A stretch of 64,000 nt of DNA, taken from the NCBI GenBank assembly GCA_002493625.1, contig DKZK01000010.1, positions 74,810 to 138,809 of the forward strand. The letters are read 5' to 3'. The stretch's first letter is position 1. Each line of letters begins with the position of its first letter. Shown piece after piece: positions 1 through 9,495 of the stretch. The DNA is from Lachnospiraceae bacterium UBA7076 (GTDB lineage: Bacteria > Bacillota > Clostridia > Lachnospirales > Lachnospiraceae). Below the pieces are notes generated by a model that did no database searches, was not told where the DNA came from, and was given only the letters and a program-made list of their open reading frames with translations. The position numbers and the translations under genes were made by a program.

Positions 1-127
1 TTTTCATAATCTTCTCCTCCAATTTCCGGAACGTCAGTCATTCCAAATTTGCTTTCAGCATATGTTCCGATTTACTTTGTAAATCGAGAACTCTATGGGC
101 TGACACGCTGTCTCGAAAGCTTTGCCA

Positions 128-1300
128 CTAGTCATTTGCAGGCACAAATTTTCCTTTCAGTCCATCTGTTATAATTACAGTTCCGTCATCCTCCACAAAC
201 ACAGCGTCTGCGTTATATTTTTCAAGTAATTCCAGCGATTTGTCATATCCAAGCACAAAGCAGGCTGTTGAAAGTCCATCGCTGCAAAGTCCCGACCGGC
301 ACACTACAGTAACAGATATAAGACCGCTTCTTGCAGGATACCCTGTGCTTCTGTCAAATATATGATGGTATCTTGTGCCATCCGCCTCAACATACTTTTC
401 ATAGTCGCCTGAGGTTGAGATACAGGCGGTCTCATCTGCCCCAAATGTAAGATGCCCTATAAGCTCTGTTTCATCTCCTCTGGGATTTCTTATGCCAACA
501 GTAAAGCCTTCCCCATTCGTCTTACTTCCATATACAAGAATGCTTCCGCCGATTGTCACGCATGCGCCCTGTGCTTTACTTTTTTCGAGCTGCGCCCTTA
601 TTATGTCAAGGGTATAGCCCTTGCCTACGGCTCCTATGGCAAAATCAATATTTTCTTTGTCTATTAAAATATACCCTGCTTCATTACTGCAATTATTGAC
701 ATTATTGCTATTACTACTATCTTTACTATTATCTTTGTTATTATCTTTACCGCTGCCTATACTCTTATCTTTATATACGCTTATGTTTTCATATCCCACA
801 AGCTCAAGCGCTGCGCTTATTTCATTATCACCTGGAACGTGGAAGCCGTCATATTTTGCCTCAATGCCCCAGAGCTTATTCAAAGGCTCAATGGTAATTT
901 CCAGCGCTCCGTCGCTATCGGCGCATATATCAAGAGACTGACTCAACGCATTATAAAGCTCATCACTTACCTTATAAGGCTCTCCCACCTTATAATTTGC
1001 AGCAAGCCTGTCAATTTCCAAGGTAAACACCTGTCCGTCAAGTCTGTCTATACACTCAAATGCCAGCGCAGCCGATTGTTCCGCTTCTGTGCCGTAAACG
1101 GTAACACTCACTGACGTTCCCATACGGTAATCTCTGATTGCGCTTTCCCTTCCGTCTGCCGACGTATTTACATAGGCGTATTCTGTCTGTGAATCATTCC
1201 CATCCGTATTATCGTTATTTTCAACACCAAGCTTATAGATAAAAACAAGCGCTATTGAAAGCGCCAGCATTTTAAGCGCCATTGATATTTTTCTGTCCAT
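128..1300 (-). CDS. apbE: FAD:protein FMN transferase (ApbE family)
   Basis: ORF 128..1306. It has an N-terminal hydrophobic signal-like segment and ApbE-type core motifs (AIGAVGKGYTLD, ISTSGDYEKY, YHHIFDRSTGYP). The ATG at 1300 lies 7 nt after GGTGGAG; the ORF-track start at 1306 is two codons upstream. Confidence 0.85.
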   Translation of the reverse strand: MDRKISMALKMLALSIALVFIYKLGVENNDNTDGNDSQTEYAYVNTSADGRESAIRDYRMGTSVSVTVYGTEAEQSAALAFECIDRLDGQVFTLEIDRLAANYKVGEPYKVSDELYNALSQSLDICADSDGALEITIEPLNKLWGIEAKYDGFHVPGDNEISAALELVGYENISVYKDKSIGSGKDNNKDNSKDSSNSNNVNNCSNEAGYILIDKENIDFAIGAVGKGYTLDIIRAQLEKSKAQGACVTIGGSILVYGSKTNGEGFTVGIRNPRGDETELIGHLTFGADETACISTSGDYEKYVEADGTRYHHIFDRSTGYPARSGLISVTVVCRSGLCSDGLSTACFVLGYDKSLELLEKYNADAVFVEDDGTVIITDGLKGKFVPAND

Positions 1301-1407
1301 ATGCATACTCCACCAATTTATACCACTTATCCCATTTTATATCTTTCCCCTTTTTGTTGCAATAGAAAAAAGGACTTTTCGTAAGTCCTTGATTCCTTTG
1401 GACGTAA

Positions 1408-2277
1408 TCAGCATTTTTCTCCTTCAATATAATAATCGAGCAGATTATAAAGCCAGTCATTTATATTTGAAAATGTAAATCCAAGCTCATTTGCTTTTTC
1501 CGTATTTACACTAAATTCCGGTGTTCCGTTATATGGCGCCACATCGCCGTCATGATTTAAAATCGCTTTTCTGCCGCACTTTTTCTCCACATAGTTAATG
1601 ATTTCCCTGATTGAAACCGTACCGGAGGATGCACCGTTTATTGCACCTGTAACATCCGTTGTAGATATATATGCCATAAATTCCCCTGCTTCCCTCGAAT
1701 CTATAAAACTCATCTGACCGTCCATATTATCTATGTACATCGGCTTTTCGTTTAATATATGCTCCACATAAAATTCCAGTCTTTTCGTATAATCATCCTT
1801 TCCAAGCACAACCGGATACCTTACGGAAAGCATTTTTTTATCTCCATAGCATTGTGCCATTGCATATTCAGCCTGCCGTTTTGCCTCGCTATAATCAAAA
1901 TCATTTCTATCTCCCCAAATAAGCTCATTTTCCAATGGATTAAAATCATCTTCAACCAAATTTAAGTGAAAAGGTGTGTACACTGCCGTACTGGACATCT
2001 GAACATACTTTCCACAGCAGGCATAATCAAGAACACTCTTTATATCATTGGAGGCATATGCAATTTTATCGATAATAATATCATAATAATTACCTGATAA
2101 AATATTTTTAACGCTCTCTCCGTCGGTCCGGTCATATTTTACCCGATGAACCTTATCGGCAAACGAATCCTTTGACAGTCCTCTTGTGGCAATTGTAACC
2201 TCATGCCCTCTGTCAAGTAACTCACTGACTGTATACCTTCCAAAAAAGCGCGTGCCGCCAAGCATTAAAATTTTCAT
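1408..2277 (-). CDS. NAD-dependent epimerase/dehydratase family protein (SDR)
   Basis: 289-aa ORF with an N-terminal Rossmann motif (MKILMLGGTRFFGRY). Length and layout are typical of extended SDRs. Confidence 0.8.
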   Translation of the reverse strand: MKILMLGGTRFFGRYTVSELLDRGHEVTIATRGLSKDSFADKVHRVKYDRTDGESVKNILSGNYYDIIIDKIAYASNDIKSVLDYACCGKYVQMSSTAVYTPFHLNLVEDDFNPLENELIWGDRNDFDYSEAKRQAEYAMAQCYGDKKMLSVRYPVVLGKDDYTKRLEFYVEHILNEKPMYIDNMDGQMSFIDSREAGEFMAYISTTDVTGAINGASSGTVSIREIINYVEKKCGRKAILNHDGDVAPYNGTPEFSVNTEKANELGFTFSNINDWLYNLLDYYIEGEKC

Positions 2278-2407
2278 TGGATTTTTCCTCCTAGGATAAT
2301 TATTTTATAAATTAAATATATTATTTTTCAATTATTCTATATCGTCAATCGCAAATTGACGATGCGCTATTTGCGATTGTCTTTCGCAAAGTATAATATG
2401 TGCTTGC

Positions 2408-2605
2408 TCATATTATACCGTAAATCTCATACATGGATAACATTTTCTGCAATGTAAGCTTCTCCGCCATAAGCTGATTATATGTAACACTTTTAACCTT
2501 TCCCTCTGCCTTTAGGTTTTCCATTTTTTCCGTTGTGTCTGCATACCTGTCCATAACATTTTTCAGCATGCTTTCAAATGCGGCAAGCCGTTCTTCCCTG
2601 TTCAT
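2408..2605 (-). CDS. small hypothetical protein (65 aa, helical)
   Basis: ATG is preceded by GAGGA at 7 nt spacing. No family recognised. Confidence 0.55.
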   Translation of the reverse strand: MNREERLAAFESMLKNVMDRYADTTEKMENLKAEGKVKSVTYNQLMAEKLTLQKMLSMYEIYGII

Positions 2606-2668
2606 AAAATATCCTCATTTCAGATTTGATTTGTTGTAAAATATTTTTTGTATTGTGATTCTATATAT

Positions 2669-3109
2669 TTACAGTTGTTTAAAAAAGCTTACATGGTCCG
2701 TTAATTCTTCAAACCCGCATTTGGAATAAAATCTGTATGCCGGTTTGTCTCTGTCGGTACACAGATAAATCTGCTCCATTCCGTAGGATTTAATAGCATC
2801 TTCAATATCATGTAAAAAGGACGTGCCGATTCCCTTCCCCTGAAGCTCGGTCAAAATACAAAATTCCTCTATGACATATTCTGTTCCTCCCCACCAATGA
2901 CGTTTATTGCCAAGACAAAGTCCGACCATTTTATCAGCGTCATAATAGCCAAAGCAAACGGAGTTAAAGCACCCTGCCAAATCATTTATGTAAGCCGAGA
3001 GTTGCTCGTCATTGCTCCAATCCTCATTCCATGGTGGATTGGTAAATACATTTCTGAAAAATTGCTTCATTTCATTTATATTGTCAATTGTTAATTTTTT
3101 CAGGTTCAT
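2669..3109 (-). CDS. GNAT family N-acetyltransferase
   Basis: Acetyl-CoA-binding motif region LQGKGIGTSFL. The ATG at 3109 lies 8 nt after GAGGAG; the ORF-track start at 3136 lacks an SD. Confidence 0.85.
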   Translation of the reverse strand: MNLKKLTIDNINEMKQFFRNVFTNPPWNEDWSNDEQLSAYINDLAGCFNSVCFGYYDADKMVGLCLGNKRHWWGGTEYVIEEFCILTELQGKGIGTSFLHDIEDAIKSYGMEQIYLCTDRDKPAYRFYSKCGFEELTDHVSFFKQL

Positions 3110-3312
3110 TGTATTCTCTCCTCGTGTTTTATCCATTTAGCTCTTTGCATTTAGTGCGATATATCGTTCCAATGAATAGGGAGCCTTAATACTTCTATTA
3201 TAAATAACAATTTAAAGCAACAATCCCCATAGTTTTTTTCTCAAAAATTATAACATAATCCATAAATTTATAAAACGATATATTAAAAAAGAAAATTTTC
3301 AAAAAATAGCTC

Positions 3313-3341
3313 TTGCATTCCAAACACGCATATGGTAATAT
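3313..3341 (+). promoter_or_regulatory. sigma-A-type promoter (TTGCAT-17-TAATAT)
   Basis: -35 TTGCAT at 3313..3318, a 17-nt spacer, and -10 TAATAT at 3336..3341. It lies about 195 nt upstream of the small ORF at 3536. Confidence 0.5.
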
Positions 3342-3535
3342 CCTATCGAAGCATTGTTCTATTTTGTCTTTGACGGGGTCAACCTGTTTCTCGTATTCAA
3401 AAGCTTAATTCTTCGATGCTTTATTATCACTATAATACAGGCAGAGAAGATATTGTTATATAATACCGCAAAGGGGCTTTTGTTAATTGCACCTTGTTAT
3501 TATTCTATCTTCCGCCAAACAAAGGAGGAATTTTT

Positions 3536-3787
3536 TTGAAGAAACCGGAAAAAGAAAAAAAATTGGAGAATTACTTTTTAGACTATGGCATTTTACGAAA
3601 CAGCAGCGGACTTTATCTTAACGACAACAGCTGCAATGGTTACGGAAAACCTAAAGATGGCGCTGTCACAATTCAAAAGGCAAATCATGCAGATACCAAA
3701 AACGAAATCATTACAATCAGTACACCCGAATATAATAAGAAGCTTCCTAAAAATATATTACATAACGGAACAACTCAATATATGTAA
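3536..3787 (+). CDS. small hypothetical protein (83 aa, TTG start)
   Basis: In-frame TTG at 3536 lies 7 nt after AAAGGAGG (3521..3528). The ATG at 3494 in the ORF track has no SD. No family recognised. Confidence 0.5.
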   Translation: MKKPEKEKKLENYFLDYGILRNSSGLYLNDNSCNGYGKPKDGAVTIQKANHADTKNEIITISTPEYNKKLPKNILHNGTTQYM

Positions 3788-3807
3788 ATGACTTTTTAAC
3801 ACTTAAA

Positions 3808-3886
3808 TTGCCCGTTTAACATGACTTATCGTGACTGAAAACCTACTTTCGCCCGACTTTTGTTCTAAGTCATATCAAACGGGCAA
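3808..3886. terminator. 79-bp imperfect palindrome between convergent genes (likely bidirectional terminator)
   Basis: Arms TTGCCCGTTTAACATGACTTA (3808..3828) and TAAGTCATATCAAACGGGCAA (3866..3886). It sits between the stop of the small ORF and the stop of fhs. Confidence 0.55.
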
Positions 3887-3890
3887 CTAA

Positions 3891-5558
3891 TTAAAACAAT
3901 CCCGCAATTACGCCGTTTTCATCAACATATATTCCCTCTGCCGCAGGTGTTTTCGGAAGCCCCGGCATCGTCACCACCTGACCCGTTATCGCCACAACAA
4001 AGCCTGCGCCTGCACTTACATAAACCTCGCGGATATTGATATCAAAGCCTTCCGGTCTGCCAAGCTTTGAGGCATCATCAGAAAGTGAATACTGATTTTT
4101 CGCCATACATACAGGCATATGGGAAAATCCCATTGCCTCTATCTTTGCTATTGCAGTCTCCGCCTCCTTGCTGTAGGTTACATTATCCGCGCCATATATC
4201 CTTGTGGCTACCATCCTTATCTTTTCCTTTATGGAAAGGTCATCCTCATATAAAAGTTTAAAGTTGCTCTTTTTATTTTCAAGTGTATGAATAACTGCGT
4301 TTGCCAGCTCTATTCCGCCTTCGCCGCCCTTTTCCCAAACATTTGCCAGGGCAAAGTCACAGCCCTTATCCTCACAGAACTTTCTTACAAAAGCAAGCTC
4401 TGCCTCCGTATCAGATATAAATCTGTTTAGTGTTACTACTACCGGCACACCGTACATCATAAGGTTTTCAATATGCTTTTCAAGGTTTACGATACCCTTT
4501 TTAAGCGCTTCCACATTCTCATTTCCAAGCTCCGCCTTTGGCACTCCACCATTATATTTTAACGCTCTTACGGTGGCAACAAGAACAACTGCATCCGGAA
4601 CAAGTCCCGACATTCTGCACTTTATATCAAAAAACTTTTCCGCTCCTAAGTCTGCGCCAAAGCCTGCCTCCGTTATAACATAATCTGCAATTTTCAACGC
4701 CGTTTTTGTTGCCCTTACTGAATTACAGCCATGTGCAATATTGGCAAAGGGGCCTCCATGAACAATTGCCGGAGTGTGCTCAAGGGTCTGTATTACATTG
4801 GGCTTTATTGCATCCTTCAAAAGCGCAGCCATTGCTCCCACAGCCTTAAGTTCGCCTGCCGTCACAGGCTCATTGTCCACATTGTAGGCAACTATTATTC
4901 TTGAGAGCCGTTCCTTAAGGTCATTGATATCGGAAGCAAGACAGAGTATTGCCATAATCTCTGATGCAACGGTAATAACAAAGCCGTCCTCCCGCATAAC
5001 TCCGTCCACTTTCTTACCCATTCCAACAATAATATTTCTAAGCACCCTGTCGTTCATGTCAAGACAGCGCTTAAAAACAATTCTTTTTGTATCTATCCTC
5101 AGGGCATTTCCCTGATGTATATGATTATCCATAAGTGCGGCAAGAAGATTATTTGCAGATGTTATTGCATGAAAATCTCCGGTAAAATGAAGATTTAAGT
5201 CCTCCATTGGAACGACCTGTGAATATCCTCCTCCTGCGGCACCGCCCTTTATTCCAAAGCACGGTCCAAGAGACGGCTCGCGGAGCGCAATTACAGATCT
5301 TTTTCCAAGCCTTCCCATAGCCTGCCCCAGCCCGACCGTCACGGTAGTTTTCCCCTCTCCTGCCGGTGTAGGATTAATTGCAGTTACAAGAATAAGCTTT
5401 CCGTCCTTATTGTCTTTTACGGAAGCCATAAACTCGTCAGAGAGCTTCGCTTTATATTTTCCGTACATTTCCAAATCATCTTCTTTAATGTCAAGCACAG
5501 AAACAACCTCTTTTATATTTTTCATTTCAGCCTGCTGTGCAATTTCAATATCAGTCAT
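3891..5558 (-). CDS. fhs: formate--tetrahydrofolate ligase
   Basis: 555 aa. P-loop region [12 protein letters not shown], with end-to-end resemblance to FTHFS by recall. Confidence 0.95.
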   Translation of the reverse strand: MTDIEIAQQAEMKNIKEVVSVLDIKEDDLEMYGKYKAKLSDEFMASVKDNKDGKLILVTAINPTPAGEGKTTVTVGLGQAMGRLGKRSVIALREPSLGPCFGIKGGAAGGGYSQVVPMEDLNLHFTGDFHAITSANNLLAALMDNHIHQGNALRIDTKRIVFKRCLDMNDRVLRNIIVGMGKKVDGVMREDGFVITVASEIMAILCLASDINDLKERLSRIIVAYNVDNEPVTAGELKAVGAMAALLKDAIKPNVIQTLEHTPAIVHGGPFANIAHGCNSVRATKTALKIADYVITEAGFGADLGAEKFFDIKCRMSGLVPDAVVLVATVRALKYNGGVPKAELGNENVEALKKGIVNLEKHIENLMMYGVPVVVTLNRFISDTEAELAFVRKFCEDKGCDFALANVWEKGGEGGIELANAVIHTLENKKSNFKLLYEDDLSIKEKIRMVATRIYGADNVTYSKEAETAIAKIEAMGFSHMPVCMAKNQYSLSDDASKLGRPEGFDINIREVYVSAGAGFVVAITGQVVTMPGLPKTPAAEGIYVDENGVIAGLF

Positions 5559-5636
5559 ACTTAATCTCCTTATTAATTTACACCTGCCTGCTTAGCAATA
5601 AGTCGAACAGCAGGCAGTCACTTCACTATATTATAT

Positions 5637-8285
5637 TTACATATTTTCTTCAACATAATTTTCAAATTCTTCCATAGACATAAGCACCTTTCTTGGCTTG
5701 GTGCCCTCCTCAGGCCCCACAACTCCTGCATCTGAAAGCTGATCCATAATTCTTGCTGCCCTGTTAAAGCCTATCTTGTAAACTCTTTGCAGCATGCCAA
5801 TAGACGCCTTTTCCTTGCCTATTATAAATTTTCCTGCATCAACAAAATAATCATCATACTCCGGACCGCTGCTTCCTCCCTGAGACGAGCCTCCCACGTT
5901 TGACTTATCTATCTCATCGGTAATTTTGCTGTCATACTCAACATCTCCTGTCTGTTGTTTCAGAAAATCAACTACATCGGCAATCTCCTCATCTGATAAA
6001 AATGCGCCCTGAACTCTCACCGGCTTTGGATAGCCCGTAGGATAAAAGAGCATATCCCCCTTGCCGAGAAGCTTTTCCGCTCCGTTCATATCGAGAATTG
6101 TTCTTGAGTCAACGCCTGATGATACCGTCATGGCGATACGTGACGGCACATTTGCCTTTATCAGTCCTGTGATTACGTCCACGGAAGGTCTCTGTGTTGC
6201 TATTACCAAATGTATTCCTGCCGCCCTTGCAAGCTGGGACAGTCTCACAATGGCATCCTCAACCTCACCGTGAGCCACCATCATAAGATCCGCAAGCTCG
6301 TCAACTATAATGACAATCTGCGGAAGCTTCTTAAGCTCCTCGTTGCCTGCCTCCTCACCTGTCACAGCCTTTACCTTTTCATTGTAGCCCTGAAGATTAC
6401 GCACATTATACTGTGCGAAAAGCTGATATCGGTTTGTCATTTCCATAACGGCCCAATTCAGTGCGCCTGCCGCCTTTTTAGGGTCTGTAACAACCGGTAT
6501 AAGCATATGAGGAATACCGTTATATATGCTAAGCTCAACCTGCTTAGGGTCCACCATGATAAGCTTAACCTCATCCGGTCTTGCCTTGTAGAGAATACTC
6601 ATGATAAGCGTATTGATACATACCGACTTACCTGAACCTGTCGCTCCTGCCACAAGAAGGTGCGGCATTTTGGCTATATCGGCAACAACAACCTGACCGC
6701 TTATGTCCTTTCCAACCGCAAAGGCTATCTTGGAAGGAAATTTTTTATAATTTTCCGACTCAAGCAAATCCCTGAAAGATACCGCCTGACTTTCCTTGTT
6801 TGGAACCTCTATTCCGATTGCCGCCTTTCCCGGTATAGGAGCTTCTATTCTTATATCCGCCGCCGCAAGGTTCAGCTTAATATCATCTGCAAGTCCGACG
6901 ATTTTACTTACCTTTACACCCTGTTCCGGCTGAAGCTCGTATCTTGTAACGGACGGTCCGCAGCTATAATCGGTTATTGTTACATTTACGCCAAAATTCT
7001 CTAACGTGCTTTTTAGCTTCATGGCAGTTTCCCTGACATATGCATCACTGCCTGAGCTTCTTCCTGCCTTTGCAGCCTTTAAAAGACTAATTGGAGGAAG
7101 CTTATAGTCCTCAGGTGAAATGTTTCCTGCCGGTTGTCCGGTTTTTACGGTTTTAGCCACAGCAGAATTACCGGTTTGATTATGAACAACCGAATTGCTG
7201 TTTACATTATCCTCTTTTTGTGTAAAGGAGGATGCTGTGGCAGTTTTACCATTTATTTCATCTTCTATATCAGCTCTTTCATCAAGCATTTCCTTATATG
7301 TTTCTTTTGTTTTCTTCCGTTTTCCCTTCGGTGCCGCTGCTGCCTGTTCACTGCCTGCTTCACTATCCGCAAAAAAGTCCTTTGAACTGCTGTTAAAATC
7401 CTGCTTGTCAGCTTTGAAAATGTCCTTTTCTACCGAATAATCATTACTCTCCTCATCAAAAAAGTCCTTTGGCGGAAGGGGCTTAAGTTCATGAATTTCC
7501 TCAGGATTCGGCTTCTTCTTTTTATTTTTTCCTTTCGTTTTTTTACCGTCGGCGGATTCCAATACCTTTATATTGTTTAACATATTCTTATTTTTACGCC
7601 GGTTTGAAATAAGCGCCTCCTCATCCGGATCATCCTCAAAATCATCATCTTCTTTATCCAGGCCGTCCTTTATCATACGCACGATAGATACATCCATAAC
7701 TATTATGATTCCGATAATCGTAAGCAGTACAATAAGTATGATCGAGCCCGACATTCCTATAAGCCTGTAAAGCAGTGCAAGAAGACCGCCTAAAAGGACG
7801 CCGCCCCCTCTTTTATGCTTTGCTCCATCCTCATAAAGCGTTTTTACGGACACTTCATCAACACCGCTTATCAATTGACAAATAAATGCCAGAGCAACAA
7901 TAAATATGGCTATGCACAAAACCCTCTTGACAATTTTTTTCTGAGCGCCGTTTGAAAGAAGAAACGCAGCAGAAAAGAAAATATAAAAAGGAAGTATAAA
8001 TGCTACAGTACCCACAAGACCAAATATTATTTTTGAAATAAAATTACCGACTACGCCTCCAACTCCAAAATTACTTAAAACAAGAAACACGGAAACCGCC
8101 AGATATATAAAAAGATATATCTCATTTTTTCTCGAACCGCCTTCTTCATTTAAAGCCCTTACCGCAGCCTGTTTTCGTTCACTTGTATATGTATTGTCTG
8201 TCTTATTGCTTTTTTTTGTACCGCCCGAAACTTTTGCAGAACCCTTTTGGGGCGTACCACGTCCGGCATTTTTTTGTTCAGCCAT
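5637..8285 (-). CDS. ftsK: DNA translocase FtsK/SpoIIIE
   Basis: N-terminal TM helices, a long low-complexity linker, a motor domain with Walker A GATGSGKS, and a C-terminal winged-helix gamma domain ([19 protein letters not shown]). Confidence 0.95.
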   Translation of the reverse strand: MAEQKNAGRGTPQKGSAKVSGGTKKSNKTDNTYTSERKQAAVRALNEEGGSRKNEIYLFIYLAVSVFLVLSNFGVGGVVGNFISKIIFGLVGTVAFILPFYIFFSAAFLLSNGAQKKIVKRVLCIAIFIVALAFICQLISGVDEVSVKTLYEDGAKHKRGGGVLLGGLLALLYRLIGMSGSIILIVLLTIIGIIIVMDVSIVRMIKDGLDKEDDDFEDDPDEEALISNRRKNKNMLNNIKVLESADGKKTKGKNKKKKPNPEEIHELKPLPPKDFFDEESNDYSVEKDIFKADKQDFNSSSKDFFADSEAGSEQAAAAPKGKRKKTKETYKEMLDERADIEDEINGKTATASSFTQKEDNVNSNSVVHNQTGNSAVAKTVKTGQPAGNISPEDYKLPPISLLKAAKAGRSSGSDAYVRETAMKLKSTLENFGVNVTITDYSCGPSVTRYELQPEQGVKVSKIVGLADDIKLNLAAADIRIEAPIPGKAAIGIEVPNKESQAVSFRDLLESENYKKFPSKIAFAVGKDISGQVVVADIAKMPHLLVAGATGSGKSVCINTLIMSILYKARPDEVKLIMVDPKQVELSIYNGIPHMLIPVVTDPKKAAGALNWAVMEMTNRYQLFAQYNVRNLQGYNEKVKAVTGEEAGNEELKKLPQIVIIVDELADLMMVAHGEVEDAIVRLSQLARAAGIHLVIATQRPSVDVITGLIKANVPSRIAMTVSSGVDSRTILDMNGAEKLLGKGDMLFYPTGYPKPVRVQGAFLSDEEIADVVDFLKQQTGDVEYDSKITDEIDKSNVGGSSQGGSSGPEYDDYFVDAGKFIIGKEKASIGMLQRVYKIGFNRAARIMDQLSDAGVVGPEEGTKPRKVLMSMEEFENYVEENM

Positions 8286-8341
8286 CCATCTGTCTCCTTA
8301 TCCATAATTTGTCCGAGGTTGATGTACTAAGATAAAGGTGT

Positions 8342-8420
8342 CGTGGCTGTCGCAATAAGGATTTTAATTCTTTATTTATTGCGACAGCCACGGCAGCTCC
8401 ATTCTTAGTACGGCAGCCCC
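8342..8420. repeat. CTGTCGCAA-core palindromic intergenic repeat (hairpin plus extra half-site)
   Basis: CGTGGCTGTCGCAATAAGGA and TTATTGCGACAGCCACG form a hairpin. An extra half-site CTTAGTACGGCAGCCCC lies at 8404..8420. The element is downstream of the tepA-like stop. Confidence 0.8.
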
Positions 8421-8471
8421 GTTATATTCCTAAAAACACAACATAAAGTGATATTTATTTAAGCAAGTCCC

Positions 8472-9185
8472 TCATATTGTACTATTTTTCTTTTTATTTA
8501 TCAAGTCATATAAACAATTCATGGCACAGTTTATTCCGCCTACATTGTCAATTATTCCCTTTTTTACTGCCTGCTCCCCAATAAGAACAGAACCGATATC
8601 CTTGGTAAGCTCCGTCGTATTAAACATAATGTCCCTTAATTCATTTTCTTTTATCCTGCTGTGACTTGCCGTGAAGCTTATAATTCTGTCCTGCATTCTT
8701 TCAATATATTCATAATTCTGTCTTACTCCAAGTACTGTGCCGTTTATCCTTATGGGATGGACAACCATGGTTGCGGTAGGCACAATATATGTCACGTCCC
8801 CTGATACGGCAAGGGGTACTCCTATGGAATGTCCGCCTCCAAGCACAAGACAAACCTTCGGTTTATCTATTGACGCAATCATTTCTGCTATGGCAAGCCC
8901 TGCTTCCACATCTCCGCCAACGGTATTCAAAAGAACAAGCAGCCCATCTATATTCTCATCGCTTTGAACAAGAGCAAGCAGAGGAAGTATAAGCTCATAT
9001 TTACTTACCTTAGAATTGCCTCCAAGAGACTCATGCCCTTCTATTTCCCCTGCTATATTAAGTAAAACGATACCTTTTCCGTCTGTTTTGGATTTGAGAA
9101 CATACTGACCTAAATCCTTTATTAATTTACCGTCATATTTTTCCGGTTCTCTTTTTTCGCCATTATCCTTATTTTCGCTGCACAT
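8472..9185 (-). CDS. ClpP/crotonase-fold serine protease, TepA-like
   Basis: ClpP-like core (LLNTVGGDVEAGLAIAEMI, GGGHSIG). The ATG at 9185 lies 7 nt after GGAGG. Confidence 0.75.
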   Translation of the reverse strand: MCSENKDNGEKREPEKYDGKLIKDLGQYVLKSKTDGKGIVLLNIAGEIEGHESLGGNSKVSKYELILPLLALVQSDENIDGLLVLLNTVGGDVEAGLAIAEMIASIDKPKVCLVLGGGHSIGVPLAVSGDVTYIVPTATMVVHPIRINGTVLGVRQNYEYIERMQDRIISFTASHSRIKENELRDIMFNTTELTKDIGSVLIGEQAVKKGIIDNVGGINCAMNCLYDLINKKKNSTI

Positions 9186-9495
9186 AACAAACCTCCGTTT
9201 TTTTGTTATTATGCACACACTTTTTTTAATTATTCCTTATTGCACAGTATGAAGAAGTTTTTTAACTTTCCTTGAAAACAGTAATGAACAAAGCTCTGCT
9301 TTCCAGCTCATAACGAATTCCCGTAAATTGAAAAAGAAGTTCCGACTAATTCCTGACAAGCAGGAAAAAATCAGAACTTCTTTTCTCATATATAATATAT
9401 GAAACACCCCATATGAATTATCGAAAACTCAATTATTCATTAGGTAAATTCTATCATGGTAAGGCTTTAACAACTAGCTACTAACGGTTACCTTT

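Noticed and set aside
1-127. Possible gene start at the left edge. The minus strand reads GGAGGAGAAGATT-ATG-AAAA, with the ATG at positions 7..5.
   Set aside because: Only two codons fall inside the window, so nothing can be said about the product. It is noted but not listed as a feature.
1272-1460. Minor ORFs in intergenic or overlapping positions: 62-aa ORF 1272..1460, 3354..3539, 3585..3791, 17098..17343, 20560..20748 and 63683..63931.
   Set aside because: They overlap better-supported genes, terminators or repeat elements, lack ribosome-binding sites, and have no recognisable domains.
3342-3535. Assigning the long leader to a named riboswitch class (c-di-GMP, preQ1, guanidine and others).
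   Set aside because: I could not match any consensus core sequence from memory. Only a generic stem-loop potential is visible. An Rfam scan is needed before naming it.
3494-3535. ORF-track start at 3494 for the small plus-strand ORF, and similar long N-terminal extensions at 9218, 14106, 18426, 19459, 26455, 27721, 29583, 33126, 36830, 40388, 45499, 46091, 47794, 48538, 49963, 51589, 52453, 53359, 58239 and 61002.
   Set aside because: In each case an internal ATG, GTG or TTG lies 5 to 9 nt after a strong GGAGG-like SD and matches the family's usual N-terminus. The upstream extension lacks an SD or overlaps the neighbouring gene.
8342-8392. The idea that the dispersed CTGTCGCAA repeats are themselves Spo0A binding sites (0A boxes).
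   Set aside because: The core TGTCGCA differs from TGTCGAA at a strongly conserved GAA position. The repeats sit at gene 3' ends rather than in promoters. This is retained only as a testable aside for the promoter-proximal palindrome at 54316.
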